Assembly (NCBI RefSeq): GCF_006345805.1
Contig: NC_043001.1
Span: forward strand, 126,604,001-126,668,000
Reading direction: 5' to 3'
Source: Octopus sinensis
Lineage: Eukaryota
Length of the DNA: 64,000 nucleotides
In this document: positions 1-12,755 of the stretch, piece by piece
Numbering within the stretch: the stretch's first letter is position 1
Layout: each line of letters begins with the position of its first letter
Translations under genes and position numbers: made by a program
The notes under the pieces: generated by a model
What the model saw: only the letters and a program-made list of their open reading frames with translations
The model's database searches: none
Told to the model about the DNA's origin: nothing

Positions 1-890
1 ATACATACACACATACATACATACACACATACATACATACACACACACATACACACATACATGCAAAAATACACTGTTGACGCTGAAATTCGAATGAAGG
101 AGCTTTGGATCGAGGTTAGAAATCGACCCTTTCTCTGTTGATAAGAAATCTTGAAGTAAAACCGAATAATTATATACATACATACAAACAACCATGCATA
201 CATACATATATGCATACATACGTACATACATACATACACACATACACAACACACGCATTTATGAATATTAATGTACCATATATCTGTATTTGTATACGTG
301 TATACACACACACACACACGTGTATATAAACACTCACACATACACAATCACAAATATACACACGCTTGCTCACACAAATTTGGTAGTGATAAGCCTTGGG
401 ATAGAAACGGCGATGGCGTTGATGGTGGTGCCAATGGTAGTGGAAATGCTGGGGAGATTTGCGGCGATAAGGGTGGTGGCGAAAAAGCGGTTTTGTCTGA
501 TGTTGACGGCACCAGTAGTCGTTGTTTATCTCTTCCGGCTTTCAGTTTCATGCTTGTTATATGTAATTAATATATTTTACAAGGATTCATTCTAAAATTG
601 TACCTCGAATGCGTGTATTCACACGCGCGCACGCACTTACGCACCCACATATACATGTATATAATCTATTTATTTTCAATTAAATGTGAATGTCGTCGAT
701 AAGCAGATTATAAGAACAAGGGGACAAACGTGGGATACAAAGTCGTTGAAGAGATCACAGGATGTGTGACGAAAAAGCTTTGGCAAAGACCTAAAATAAT
801 AATAATGATAATGCTGAAGTGAAGACCACATATAGAGCGTGTGTTTCATTGACGAAATGTGATCATTTCCGAGTGTAACAATACAGATTT

Positions 891-1301
891 GAGCTGGCAG
901 AAGCGTTAGCACGCCGGGCGAAATGCTTAGCGGTATTTCGTCTGCCGTTACGTTATGAGTTCAAATTCCGCCGAGGTCGACTTTGCCTTTCATCCTTTCG
1001 GGGTCGATAAATTAAGTACCAGTTACGCACTGGGGTCGATGTAATCGATGTAATCCGTTTGTCTGTCCTTGTTTGTCCCCTCTATGTTTAGCCCCTTGTG
1101 CGTAGTAAAGAAATAGGTATTTCGTCTGCCGTGACGCTCTGAGTTCAAATTCCGCCGCGGTCGACTTTGCCTTTCATCTTTTCGGGGTCGATTAAATAAG
1201 TACCAGTTACGCACTGGAGTCGTTGTAATTGACTTAATCCCTTTGTCTGTCCTTGTTTGTCCCATCTATGTTTAGCACCTTGTGGGCAATAAAGAAATAA
1301 G
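891..1301 (+). mobile_element. tRNA-derived SINE family A (octopus-type), with internally duplicated body
   Basis: Head GAGCTGGCAGAAGCGTTAGC (A-box-like), GAGTTCAAATTCC (B-box), conserved GCCTTTCATCCTTTCGGGGTCGATAAA..AAGTACC domain; body repeated twice; more than 20 related copies in the window. Confidence 0.9.
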
Positions 1302-2217
1302 ATTATAGGTATTAAGAAACAATATAGGGATTAACAATATTTGAGCCTAATTTCTCGACAACTATCTAGCTATGTCATCTACTGTCACATCACGGGTCGC
1401 TCGATCTGCTAGATCTTTAAAGACGGTATCGTCTTTAAAAAGAGAACACTTCAGATCATATAGACTTAGTTAACTCCCAAAAATTATAGGGATTGCAGTT
1501 AAAAGGAGTCTTATTATAAGATAGGCTCGGTTAGCGTTAACCTCGCCTAAATAATAACAACTATTACAAAAACAGTTACGATTAAAACGAGGGAGCTCAT
1601 ACGTGGTCACTCGGCATGTAGTGACGAAGGTGAACTTGTTAGTTTGTAGGGCCCGAGCAGAAACGCCAGGGGACAGATTCCTCGAGGACCAAACCTCTTA
1701 GAAAAATTTGCACGCAGTGAAAATGAAGAAAGTCCTTTTAGTTACAGCTTTTCAAAAATGATTTTTGAACAAAGTGATGAAAGAATTTCGGTTTTGTATT
1801 TGGTTTCAAAGATTCTTTATGCGAATTCGAGTGTTGAAACAACTTTTGTTGTGTCTAGGGAGAATCATTACGCCAATATAAATAACACACGCACCGGTTC
1901 AATTCCATTCCTTTATTATTAGTCAACTAGTTAAATATCTCTCCAACTAGCTAATCGATCGTTTGCTTGACTTGTTGGCTAAACAGTCAATCATTTTTTG
2001 CTGTTGTTTTTGCTGTTTCTGTTCGTCAAAGTTCTTACGTCGACATTCGCAACCTTTTCAACGGCTATCTCTTCCACTTCGCTACATAGGTCGTGTTTGC
2101 CAGTCTGTGAAAGCATTGTGTATTAAATAGTAAATGCTAATTACGATACTATTTTCTTTTCTGTCGAGAAAATAATATGATTGGCGAAAATTAGAACTTA
2201 ATAATTAAATAATATAG

Positions 2218-2380
2218 GCACAGGCATAACTAATGTGGTTAAGAAACTCGCTTTACAGCTACGTGGTTTCTGATTCAAGCTTACTGCAAGGTACCTTGGA
2301 CAAACGTCTTCTAATCAAGGTACCGTGAAGTGTCTTGTGAGTGAGCTTGATTAGCAAAAGCTGTGTGGAACTTCGTCATA
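2218..2380 (+). mobile_element. Degenerate SINE family B (CORE-type) head
   Basis: Diverged match to the 60578 copy (GGCACAGG..GTGGTTAAGAA..GGTACCTTGGACAAACGTCTT). Confidence 0.6.
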
Positions 2381-2593
2381 CACGCACATACACACACACA
2401 CACATGTCTCTCTCTCTTCCCCCCCTCTCTCTCTCTCTCTGTATATCGATAATAGATTAGACTGCTTAGCTAAGAGAGAGGCGTTTAATACTTTAAAGAC
2501 CATAAGCCCAATTTTCATGATAATCCTACTTGCAGATTTTAAAATTCAACGAGATTTTGTCCACGAGTTTTTGTCCACGAGTTTTTGTCCACT

Positions 2594-3045
2594 TCATCTA
2601 TGGCTAGTAGTATATCTTCTTCGGTAATGTCGATGTATTCCATCGTAACTGCCTTGCTGGTTATAGATGAGGCGGCAAAGAAGTCCACTGGTTCGTTCAG
2701 TTGTCTGTGTTCCAACGGGGTGGTAAAGACACTTTTGAACTGGTTGAACTGATCCTAGTTTGACTGTCTGCGAGGGAGCCATCCTTTTGGAAGAGGGCTA
2801 TCTTGCAGCGTACTGAGACTGTTTCTTTCGCGTAATGAATGAAGGCCTTTGGGTTTGACTTAATGCTTTTTATAACCCAGGCTTCTTTGTCTGCTCTCTC
2901 CCTCACATAGGATTGTTGCAGCCTTTTTGCAATCTCCATCAGTGTTGTTTTTAGGCGGGACTTTTCGCTACTTTTGGGATGTTGGTTGAGTCGATTTGCA
3001 ACCTTCGTCCGTCGTCTCGTAAGGATCTTCCTCTCTCTTGGATGG
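2594..3045 (-). mobile_element. LINE ORF2 fragment (CR1/L2-like, region upstream of RT)
   Basis: Translation ..EKAWVIKSIKSNPKAFIHYAKETVSVRCKI..KDGSL resembles the IKxNPKxFyxY linker of APE-RT LINEs; frameshifted. Confidence 0.65.
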
Positions 3046-3063
3046 TTAGATGTGTTAGATATA

Positions 3064-3269
3064 ATCTTTTCTAGTACACGCACACGGTCTAAAATTTTGC
3101 GGGGTTGGTGGGGCGGTGAGATAGACGACTACATCGAACTCCACTGGCACTTATCGAACCCGGAAGGATGAAAAGCTAAGTCGACCTCTGCGGAATTTAT
3201 ACTCATAACAAAGATGGACGAAAATCCATTATCCGCGGCGTGCTAACGATTCTGTCAGCTCACCGTCTT
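3064..3269 (-). mobile_element. SINE family A, diverged
   Basis: GGAAGGATGAAAAGCTAAGTCGACCTCTGCGGAATTT..GCTAACGATTCTGTCAGCTCACCG is the reverse complement of family A. Confidence 0.8.
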
Positions 3270-3902
3270 GAGTGCATGAGATATAATAGTATGGATTATG
3301 GTATAGGCTGCAGTGAAGGGGTATAGAATGAATACGGTGAAATGTGGTGACAATCAGCGGATGTTATTATATATCATGATACAGATTTGAGAACAGCATT
3401 GAAGTGACATCAATTGTGCAGTGATATCTTCTCTGTATCGTTCCAGTTTTAGTATATATGCAGCCGATCGACTGCGTGACTTCGAATACAGTGACATAGA
3501 ATGTGTAAGTTGGAGTGTAGTGACAGGGGCAGGATATATTAGATGTAGCAGAGTGGGTTGCGCGTGCTGGAGACGTTATATGCCGCTGTCAAACATTATT
3601 GTTGTTGACGTGTCGACACGTTGACACGATCTCTATCTTTCGTTTCTCAGCTAATTATCACACATAATAACTCACCTCATAGCAGACGGCCACTAAGCAT
3701 ATCCAGCGCTTGTTATTTACCTTATCGCATCTGGCTCTCAGCTAAACTAATTTCGTCAGTAGGGAAGAAATCTTAGAGATGTTGCTGCAGTTATTATGAT
3801 ACTGTCCGTCTTTGTAAGAGAGGGTTTGATTAGTTTACAAAGGAGGCCCTAATGTGGGGGAGTGAAAGTGTGGTAGCGTGGGTGGTGTGACAACGAGGTA
3901 GC

Positions 3903-3905
<3 letters not shown>

Positions 3906-3964
<59 letters not shown>

Positions 3965-3990
3965 CAGCAGCAGCAGCAGCAGCAGTAGTA
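3906..3990. repeat. (AGT)n/(AGC)n microsatellite
   Basis: Direct reading. Confidence 0.95.
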
Positions 3991-4466
3991 GGAATGGGTG
4001 TAGTAGAGGCTTTGACAACTACACTAATCGTATATTGACAGGTGAAGCTGGCGCATGAGGACTGGGGTGTTGGTAGCGGCAAAGAGGTGTCGCTGGTGTT
4101 GGCAGGGTTGAATTCTGACAACGTTGGTGGCAGTAAGGCAGTGGGGGTGGGGGTTATGGTACCGGTGTTTTTAGACGTAGTGTTGATCGTTCTGGGTACA
4201 GGAAGCGATACAGATGGTAGTGGTAGTACTGCAGTAGTTAGCCGTAGTGGTAACTATGACACCGCGCCGAAAAGCTTGTGGTGGTGGTACTGGTTGTGTA
4301 TGGGTGCTTGTTGTGGTATGGTAACTATGTTTTTGTTGGTGGTGCAGGTAGTAGTGTTGTTGATATAGCTTGTGATGGCATTGTTGGTGGTGTTATGGTG
4401 GGTGTATATGGATAATGGACCCTTTTTACATTTTTTTCAGTCACCAGAACTTTTTCAAATGATCGA

Positions 4467-4794
4467 CAGCAGTGACTCGCAACCGGTATTCATATGGCCC
4501 CTGGGGTCAACACAAGCAAAATAGTAAATTGGAAACCCACAGATGTATATTAAGGGGCCATGAAAAATTTTGCCTTTGATGTATTTATTACAAGAAACAG
4601 CTAGGTTTCCTTCCCTTACGTTTTACATGGTTCATCTCACACAAGTGTTAATGCGGGAAAAACAAAATAGGAATTTTAAAAGAAGTTCCTATAAAACTTG
4701 TTTTTAATTATCGAACGGTTGTGGGATGGGGGCACAGGAATAAAATAATAACCGAAGGGCTCATAGATAAAAGAAAAACGGTCGAGACCCACTG
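4467..4794. mobile_element. Non-autonomous hAT-like MITE (diverged)
   Basis: Imperfect termini CAGCAGTGACTCGCAACCG / CGGTCGAGACCCACTG; internal sequence shared with 43520-43829. Confidence 0.6.
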
Positions 4795-5456
4795 TTCTAT
4801 ACTGATATAGTTTGGCATGCTGATGACGAAAATCGCATTCATTTTCTCCTGAAATTAGTATTTAAAAAAAGTCGCAAACCTTTAAAGTTATGTAATTCTA
4901 GCTAATCAGGAGCGTCCAGTTTGACAACAACGCAAAACTACATACATTTTCATTTCATTTCATTTGAGTTTGAGTCCATGCTCAGGCCAAGTCGAAGTCT
5001 CCACCCTCAGAGTCTGGTGTGGTTGCCAGGTTGTATTCTCTGTTTAATTTTGACGTGTAGGAGCGAGTTTGAGTCAGTTTGTGCTCGTTGTGTATATCCT
5101 GGGAGATGGGGTTCATCTCTAATGGTGCTTAAGTATCTATCCAGCTGCAATTTGAATGATACATGTAGAAAATTTGGAACAAATCTGGTGAGACTGAAAA
5201 TATTCTGGTGGTTAGAAATAATTTAAAACGACCCAGGTAGTGTGGTAATCGCGTAGGCCTAATGATAATAGTGTATGTGGTCGAGGGTGGTTGTGGAGAT
5301 GGTTAGGGTCAGGTGTAGGGTTGATAGTAAAGATGGTGTGGAAATGTGAGAGTGTTTGTTATCGTTGATTAACCCTTGGTTAATTTTGATTGATTGAGCT
5401 TATGATTAAACGTCTTCCAGCTATCACTGCCCCGTCTTTTCCCTGAATGCTTTGGT

Positions 5457-5772
5457 GGAGGCGAGCGGCTGAGTGGTTAAGATATTGGCTCACGGTTGAA
5501 AGATCATGAGTTCAATACCAGGCGGCACGTTGTGTCCTTGAGCAAGACACTTTATTTCACATTGCATCAGTCGACTCTGCAAACAAAAAATTGAGTAGTA
5601 ATTGTAATTCAAAAGGACAGCCTTGTCACATACTGTGCCACGCTGAATCTCCATCAGAATTACGTAAAGTGCTTCCGTAAAGTGTCGAACCATTTGTACG
5701 TTAATTTCACGAGCATTCTGTCTCGTTGATCGGATGTATTGGAATTTTCGTCGTCGTGACTGACGGAGTACC
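5457..5772 (+). mobile_element. tRNA-derived CORE-type SINE family D
   Basis: GGCTGAGTGGTTAAG..GAGTTCAATACC tRNA boxes, GTGTCCTTGAGCAAGACACTT CORE-like motif; paralog at 9566-9850. Confidence 0.8.
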
Positions 5773-5844
5773 AGTATGAATGCTTTGACAGTAGTGCGGT
5801 TTGTAGTTAAAGAGAGTACGAATGAGAGTGAATATAAGACGATA

Positions 5845-6450
5845 TCGTGAATGGTGGTGGTGCTGGTGGTAGTGGTGTTGATCGTGGTGGTGATGGCGGT
5901 GGTGGTGGCTGTGGTGGTTGTGTTGGTGGTGGCTGTAGTGGTAATGGTGGTGGTAGTGGTTGTGTTGGTGGTGATAATGGTGATGGTAGTTGTAGTGACG
6001 GTGGTGGTGGCGGTGGGGTAGTTGGATGATGGGGTAGTTGGGGTGGAGTTGTTGGGTGGTGAGTTAGTTGAGTGGTGGGGTGGTGCCTTTGGGTTGATGA
6101 GGTGGTGGCTTTGAGTTCATGAGGTATTGGGGGTGGTGTAATGGTGACTGTGAGGTGGTGGTCGCGTGTGTGGAGATGGAGTAGTTGTGAGGGTGGTTGC
6201 TGTGGGTGGTGGCTGTGAGGGTGACTGTGGAGAGAGGTGGTTGTTTGTGTGTGGGGGGGGGGGGGGTAGTGTGAAAAATATATCGATATGATTGTTGTGG
6301 TGGGGGTATGCTTTGGTGGTGAAACGGAAGAATGGGAATCGAAAATTTTCAGGCAATGGTGTTGGTGCTGTCGCAAGCAGGAGGCGAACTCATACCGGTG
6401 GTTGTAGGGTTGTAATGATTGTGAAGGGTGTAATGGTGAATGGGATTGCA
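5845..6450. repeat. Degenerate (GGT/GTT)n low-complexity tract
   Basis: G/T-rich triplet-derived sequence; produces spurious Pro/Gly-rich ORFs. Confidence 0.8.
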
Positions 6451-7445
6451 ACAAATGAATTGATGATACCTAGTATATAAGACAAATGTCTAATTTATAT
6501 AATGTTAATGTCGCTGACCAGTGATATTAGACATTTTGACTCAACATCAGACATTTTGACTCTTTTTGGTCCCTAAACTTTAAGATGTTCCTTTGATAAC
6601 TAAACTAAATGGCATTTAGGTTTACCATTACCATTATTCTGAATGTAGATTCTCGTAGGTTTGCTCAGAATCCAGATTGTAATACATGTAATAAAGGTCT
6701 GTCATAATTCGTTTTCAAATTTTCCACAAACTAGCAGGATCGGTAAAACATCGATGGTTACGCTTTATTTGGTATTTAGTCCCAAATTTGGTGAGGTGTA
6801 TATTTGAGGTTGAATCGGTACTTGGGTGTTAATTATTTCATCGTTCTTCTTCAAGGGGAAAAGCAGAGATAAACTTGTTATATATTTGAATTAAAAACGT
6901 AAAGATACGCAACTAAATACCAGGCAAACATAATGACCGGCGCTCTACCGAATCTACCAAACTGCGTGCAATTTAGAAATGACTGATGCTATGAAGAAAT
7001 TATGACTTACTACTATTTCAACCATTAGAGTTGCTGACATTCTACCAGTCTTAAGTGGGGTTATTGCCTACACACCTAGACCAATGCTACTGTCACATAT
7101 CCAGAGAAAGTCGCATGTCTAATTGGCATTAAATCATTAACAGACACATTCATGCTGCGAGTACACGTATGTGCTGTCTCCTTTCTCTCTCGCTTCTATT
7201 GCTACTATTCTTGTCGCTTCGCCTGGGAGTTGGCTGTTTTCATACTTCCTTCACTCAAGTAACCCAATCCACTCGTCTCCACCCTCCGTCCACTCATCAC
7301 CCTTATTGCTTCAACCCACACCCGACCCTTAATCCCTGCTCTAAACCTTAATCCCAGTCATTTCTCCCCAGTTCATCGAGCCTCTAGAATCTTCATCCTG
7401 CTCATGTTTTTCTTGCAGCAGGAGTTGTTATGCAACACTCTAAAC

Positions 7446-7652
7446 TGGTGGTTCTCAAACTTTTACCTCTTTGATTACAATTCTATTCTAAACCTAGCTG
7501 TTTCTTGCAACAAAATACTTCTAATTCAAAACTTTTTCATGGACCCTTACTATACTTCTGTGGGTCCCCGACTCACTATTTTGCTTGTGTGAACCCCGCG
7601 AAATCTTTTATGGATCCCCTTTGGTCATATGGACTCCGGTTGAGAACCACTG
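7446..7652. mobile_element. hAT-like MITE
   Basis: TIRs (T)GGTGGTTCTCAAAC / GGTTGAGAACCACTG; imperfect 8-bp flanks CTCTAAAC / TTCTAATC. Confidence 0.65.
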
Positions 7653-8240
7653 TTCTAATCGGAAGGTTAACGACAAAAAACGAAACAATCACCCTGGTGA
7701 TCTTGATGTGACAAAGAACATCGACACTGCCCCGTTAGAGGCTCAGCAAGTGAAAAAAAAAAGAAAAATTACCACCTCGAAAACTCGAGATAACTTAGAA
7801 AAGTCTCCTATAAGAAGTGTTCGTGTGAGTGCATGTGTATGGGTGAATGTGTGTGCATGTGTGTGTCCCTTTTTTGTATCACCTAACTGTCTGGATATTT
7901 TGCGTTCTTGTCCCATTTTATATTATATATATATATATGTGTATATATATATATATATATAATTAATTAATTAATAAGGGTGAGAGAATTAGATACTAAT
8001 TTAATAGTATACCTATTCAACACCAAGTGGCCCAGTGCCCCGAGAAACCTGGATTATTATAATATTTTATAACATATTATAATATTTCATACAAAAATAA
8101 ATATAAGAGAGTGGTCACTATGTGGCTCACTCTAGCACTAGTAAATCCAAAAGGTTTCAACCACAAAAATACATGTTTCCCATGAAAGTCAGTACGATTG
8201 TTAGCTCACACGAACAGGGCAAATAAAAAATAACAAAATA

Positions 8241-8335
8241 CAGATTATTTTGGGACAATTGTTTCGCTATTAATGAATTAAATGTAATTTTACTCACAAA
8301 AAACTCACTTGTAGCTCCTCAGCCAAAATTATATG
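8241..8335 (-). ncRNA. Type I hammerhead ribozyme (left arm)
   Basis: Minus strand: UUUUGG CUGAGGA GCUA..UAGC GAAA C AAUU GUC CCAAAA; intact core and stems I/II, palindromic stem III. Confidence 0.8.
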
Positions 8336-8396
8336 GATGAAATCCACTCAATCACACGCCAGATTTTACCATAACGATAATTGAGTGGATTTCATC

Positions 8397-8488
8397 CAGA
8401 TAGTTTTGGCTGAGGAGCTACAAGTGAGTTTATTGTGAGTAAAATTACATTTAATTCATTAGCGAAACAATTGTCCCAAAATAATCTG
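8397..8488 (+). ncRNA. Type I hammerhead ribozyme (right arm)
   Basis: CAGAUAGUUUUGG CUGAGGA GCUA[long loop]UAGC GAAA C AAUU GUC^CCAAAAUAAUCUG; extended stem I; predicted cleavage after 8475. Confidence 0.82.
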
Positions 8489-8862
8489 TATTTTGTTATT
8501 TTTTATTTGCCCTGTTCGTGTGAGCTAACAATCGTACTGACTTTCATGGGAAACATGTATTTTTGTGGTTAAAACCTTTTGGATTTACTAGTGCTAGAGT
8601 GAGCCACATAGTGACCACTCTCTTATATTTATTTTTGTATGAAATATTATAATATGTTATAAAATATTATAATAATCCAGGTTTCTCGGGGCACTGGGCC
8701 ACTTGGTGTTGAATAGGTATACTATTAAATTAGTATCTAATTCTCTCACCCTTATTAATTAATTATAATTATGCTACATTTATTTCTAAATGTAGTATTT
8801 GTTTCCGTGAAAGTTTGGCGCGCTGTTGGTAGGGGCATTTGAATTATAACGTCGGATATATT

Positions 8863-8935
<73 letters not shown>

Positions 8936-9041
8936 GCGTGCGCACGTGTGTGTAGTGAATGTGTGTGTATGTATGTACATATATATATGTATATATGTTT
9001 GTGTGTCTGTGTGTATGTGTATTTCTCGTTATTTACCTACA

Positions 9042-9072
<31 letters not shown>

Positions 9073-9565
9073 TCAATTTTCACCGCACCTACATTGTTTC
9101 AGCTTTTTCCTCTATTTCCCTTCTATTTATCTCCCAACATTATTTTTCCTTAACTCGACCCCACTCCACAGATACAAGAAGTACAAATTGCCATAGCTTT
9201 TGTTTTTGTCACCTCAGATTTTACTGAAGTGGAGCAGTTAACAACAGCTGGGTGTCATCTTCTTTTCGTTCTTCCTCGCTTCCTTATACATCCATCCCAT
9301 TGTGATCAGCGTTGTCCTCGATGTCATCATGGCAGCTGCCGTCGCTGTCGTTGCTCATCACCAACGTAAACAAGAACTGAAATGTTTAGAAAGTCAGGAA
9401 ATGTTTAAAAAGTCAGGAGAAAGAAAGCAGTATGTATTATTAATACAACCGCCTATGGCGATAGAGAATGTTAGAAATTATTCTTGGTTAAGAGTCTATC
9501 CCTTGTCGACTTGGTTTTTCCTTGCTTCGTCGGTTAATTTCGCTCCTAATAATATGCTATCAGTG

Positions 9566-9850
9566 AAGACGCGCGGCGTAGAGGTAAGAGTATTCGGCTC
9601 AAGATCGTAAGGTTGTGAGTTCGATTCCCGGTGGCACGCTGTGTCATTCGGCAAGGCACTTTATTTCACGTTGCTTCACTCCACTCTGTAAGCAAAAATG
9701 ATTAGTATCTGTATTTCAAAAGGCCAGTCTTGTCACTTTCTGAGTTATGCTGAATCTCCCTGATAGCTACGTTAAAGCTACACATGTTTGTAGAGTGCTC
9801 AGCCACTTACACGTTAATTTCACGAGCAGGCTGTCCCGTTCTGTTCCGTT
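9566..9850 (+). mobile_element. SINE family D
   Basis: GTGAGTTCGATTCCC B-box, GGCAAGGCACTTTATTTCAC; matches the 5457 copy. Confidence 0.8.
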
Positions 9851-10089
9851 AAAAATATACTCTTGCTAAGTAAAACGTATGATCTCACAAGAAAACCAGA
9901 AATCATTACTTGTAACAACTCAGAAAAATGTTCAAACCAAAAATCATAATGAATTTGCTGTGCGTAATGGTCGTGCTATTATTATTCTTGTTTAACACAG
10001 TACCTTTGCTGGGAGATGTAACAAGTTGGAAGCTGTCCACAACCAGTGGACCAAGATATCACTGTTCAGATTTCGAGAACTGTGCAGAA

Positions 10090-10720
10090 TATTTGTGCGT
10101 TTTCCTGTAGAGGCCCTAAGTTCACATTTACTTCTATCTTTTCAGTCCAATTTGTGATCTTGGAACTTATAGTTCCCAAGGCTTGTTCAACATGTGCGAT
10201 GCTCAGCTTCTTCAATGACCCAGTCTTTCTTATCTCCCACTTCACATCATCATATCTGACCTGCTTACTTTTTCTTTCCGATATAATTAAACATATTTTT
10301 TTTTTATCTCATTATTCACAACCACTATATCTGGCTTTCAATTTTCAACTTCACGATCACATCGGAGCATTATATCTCACTGTATCTTTACCTTATCAAT
10401 CTTGATTACTCCTGAGATTTGTCCATTTCACATCTTTGCTCTATCCACTCCATACTTACCACACAACACTCAATGAATCGTTCTTGCTACAATATCGTGT
10501 CTCCCTTAGAATTCTTTTTTTTGTTTTCATTTGTTTTGTTTCAGTTTCTTGCATTCATTCACAAAATGTCTTTCAATCTCACCTTTATCACAGCGAAACC
10601 TGCTCTTGTTTCTTTCCTCTGTGACGTTCATCCTGCATTTGATATAATTTGTCCTGAGTGCGTCTTCTTGCGTAGCACACATAAACACTTCTGTCTTTAG
10701 CTTCAAGTCACTCCCCAGAC
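10090..10720 (-). mobile_element. Highly degenerate Dong/R4-type LINE fragment (zinc-knuckle/RLE region)
   Basis: Minus translation ..DALRTNYIKCRM..CDKGEIERHFVNECKKLKQNKY.. resembles the ALRTNYxK..CxxC..ETxxHIxxEC..LAQxEY motif. Confidence 0.55.
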
Positions 10721-10865
10721 AGTGCCCCTATCCATCGGCATCTGTATTTATGTTCACCTGTCTTGCAAACTGTCCGTAACATCTTTATTCTATTTCCGTT
10801 TGTCTTTCTTTCTTCTTTTTTTTTTTACTTTGTACTCTTTTGTCTCCATGCAAGTATCTATCCTG

Positions 10866-11040
10866 GGCATACCGGGCGAAATGCTTTGCGGTATTTCGTC
10901 AGCCGTTACGTTCTGAGTTCAAATTCCGCCGAGGTCAACTTTGCCTTTCATCCTTTCAGGGACAATAAGTTAAGTACCAGTGAAACACCGGGCTCGATGT
11001 AATCGACCAATTCTCTTCCCCGAAATTTCAGGCCTAGAAA
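10866..11040 (+). mobile_element. SINE family A, 5'-truncated
   Basis: CCGGGCGAAATGCTT..GAGTTCAAATTCCGCCGAGGTCAACTTTGCCTTTCATCC. Confidence 0.85.
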
Positions 11041-11042
11041 GG

Positions 11043-11064
11043 ATCATCATCATCATCGTCATCG

Positions 11065-11101
<37 letters not shown>

Positions 11102-11110
11102 CATCATCAT

Positions 11111-11161
<51 letters not shown>

Positions 11162-11180
11162 TATCATTATCATTATCATT

Positions 11181-11254
<74 letters not shown>
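11043..11254. repeat. (ATC)n-(ATT)n compound microsatellite
   Basis: Direct reading. Confidence 0.95.
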
Positions 11255-11255
<1 letters not shown>

Positions 11256-11849
11256 CTTTGTTATTCATCCTTTCGGGGTCAATAAAATTAGTACCAGTCG
11301 AGCATTGGTATCGATTGAATCCCGTTACACATTTCTCTAAACTTATTCGTCTTGTGCCAAAAAAATAAACTTTTGGACATACAAATCGACACAGACAGCG
11401 AGATTAAAGCAAAAAAAAATTGTCTAGCATGACCAAAATTTCTAAAAATATTAGTGGTGAATTTAATCTCATTTAGTGCTTGTGTAGTAGTCGCCTTCTG
11501 ACGGATGAAAGGATTAAAATATACAACGGAAGAATTTGTAACAATGATAGTGTTAACAAGTATCCATGATGATGGATGTGATGCTTGTAACAGCAAGTGG
11601 AACTCATACGAAAAATAAATAAATAAAACTTTATACTTGAGGAAAATGACTCCAGATGATACTCATCTCAAAGGGTAATATAAAGAAAGTTAACCTAAGT
11701 GGCTAAGTAAAATGTCGATGTAGTTTATTGCAGGTGGTTAACAGGATCAACATATTGTAGTATTTACGAAAATAATGTTGAAAGATACATAAAGTTTCGT
11801 ATGTGTATTGTGAAAATTCAAGCAAATAAGCATTTTCTTCTGACAACAA

Positions 11850-12410
11850 TTCCAAAAAGTAGAGTAAACATGTGGTAACAAAATGAAAGCCGGCAAAGCA
11901 AGCCATCTATTATATATGGATGAATAGAAGGTGCTTGCTAGATTAAGCAGCCATATGGAATCACTATTCTATGCAGTTCAAATGTTCACAAAGACATAAG
12001 AACGGAATTTAGGAGAGAAAAGAAATGTGCGTATATACAAAAAGTCAATAGTAGACAAAAATATCAAAGCAACAGAAGAATATATGTGGTATTAAGGATA
12101 TTTGAAACCCATGGAATATACGAGTACCAGGGAGTGTGTAATTAGAGAAAATCCCACATATGCAAGAGTGTATGTACATCTAGAATTTAACAGCTGGATA
12201 TTTTCACGGAGGGATATCACTATATATATTCACTGAGGAATTCTGAGACGCTATGAAGTGGATACAATAGAAAAATCATGTAACTTAAAAGAGAGAAAAC
12301 TTAACAGAGGAAGTTACATAGAACAATGGGAATTTACATAGATGGTACTATAAGAAAGTGTTTCTCATAACTTGGGAACTCTGATTACTCAAAAGAGGCG
12401 AAGGAGTTGT
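11850..12410 (+). mobile_element. Possible very degenerate Dong/R4 LINE RT fragment
   Basis: ..FTKDIRTEFRREKKCA.. resembles FSxDIxMEFGLDKCA; otherwise heavily decayed. Confidence 0.4.
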
Positions 12411-12755
12411 CACGCACTATAATCGAAATCATTCTAGTCACGACCATTCGTTTTTGCTTTTTAAATGTCAGGTACTACATTATCTAGCGTAACATTTATT
12501 TAAAAGTAGTAGGTTTAGATTTGAGGAAGATACAATTGCTACTTCTAACAGGACCGTAAGTAGAGCAATCACTTAAAGGCTCTCTCTTTACTAGAAGAAG
12601 TATCAAATATATGGTGTAGTTCTTTAAACGTTAATCACGGAATAAAAGGATAGTCAATAATCTTTGCGGGCCTTCTAAAGTGTCTGAAAGGAGTTATGTG
12701 AGCGAAAATAGCACCGAATACCTGGCCCTTGTGTTTAAAGCAAATTGATACTCGA

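Larger units (their letters stand above)
7965..8764. mobile_element. ~390-bp-arm inverted repeat carrying hammerhead ribozymes (Penelope-like inverted pLTR structure)
   Basis: Arms 7965-8352 and 8380-8764 are reverse complements with about 4 substitutions and one 3-nt indel; 27-nt spacer; flanked by (AT)n. Confidence 0.8.

Noticed and set aside
70-172. Short insert with AATGAAGGAG..TTAGAAATCG, possibly a decayed PLE end or HHR
   Set aside because: The core is too degenerate to support from this single copy
2551-2592. 14-bp unit x3 (GAGTTTTTGTCCAC)
   Set aside because: Small slippage duplication at a LINE junction with no further structure
4812-4845. CTGATGACGAAA hammerhead-like string
   Set aside because: No stem II and no stem I or III pairing around a valid cleavage triplet
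5807-6454. 215-aa Pro/His/Thr-rich ORF (extensin-like)
   Set aside because: It is the translation of a degenerate (GGT)n tract with no domain or splice evidence
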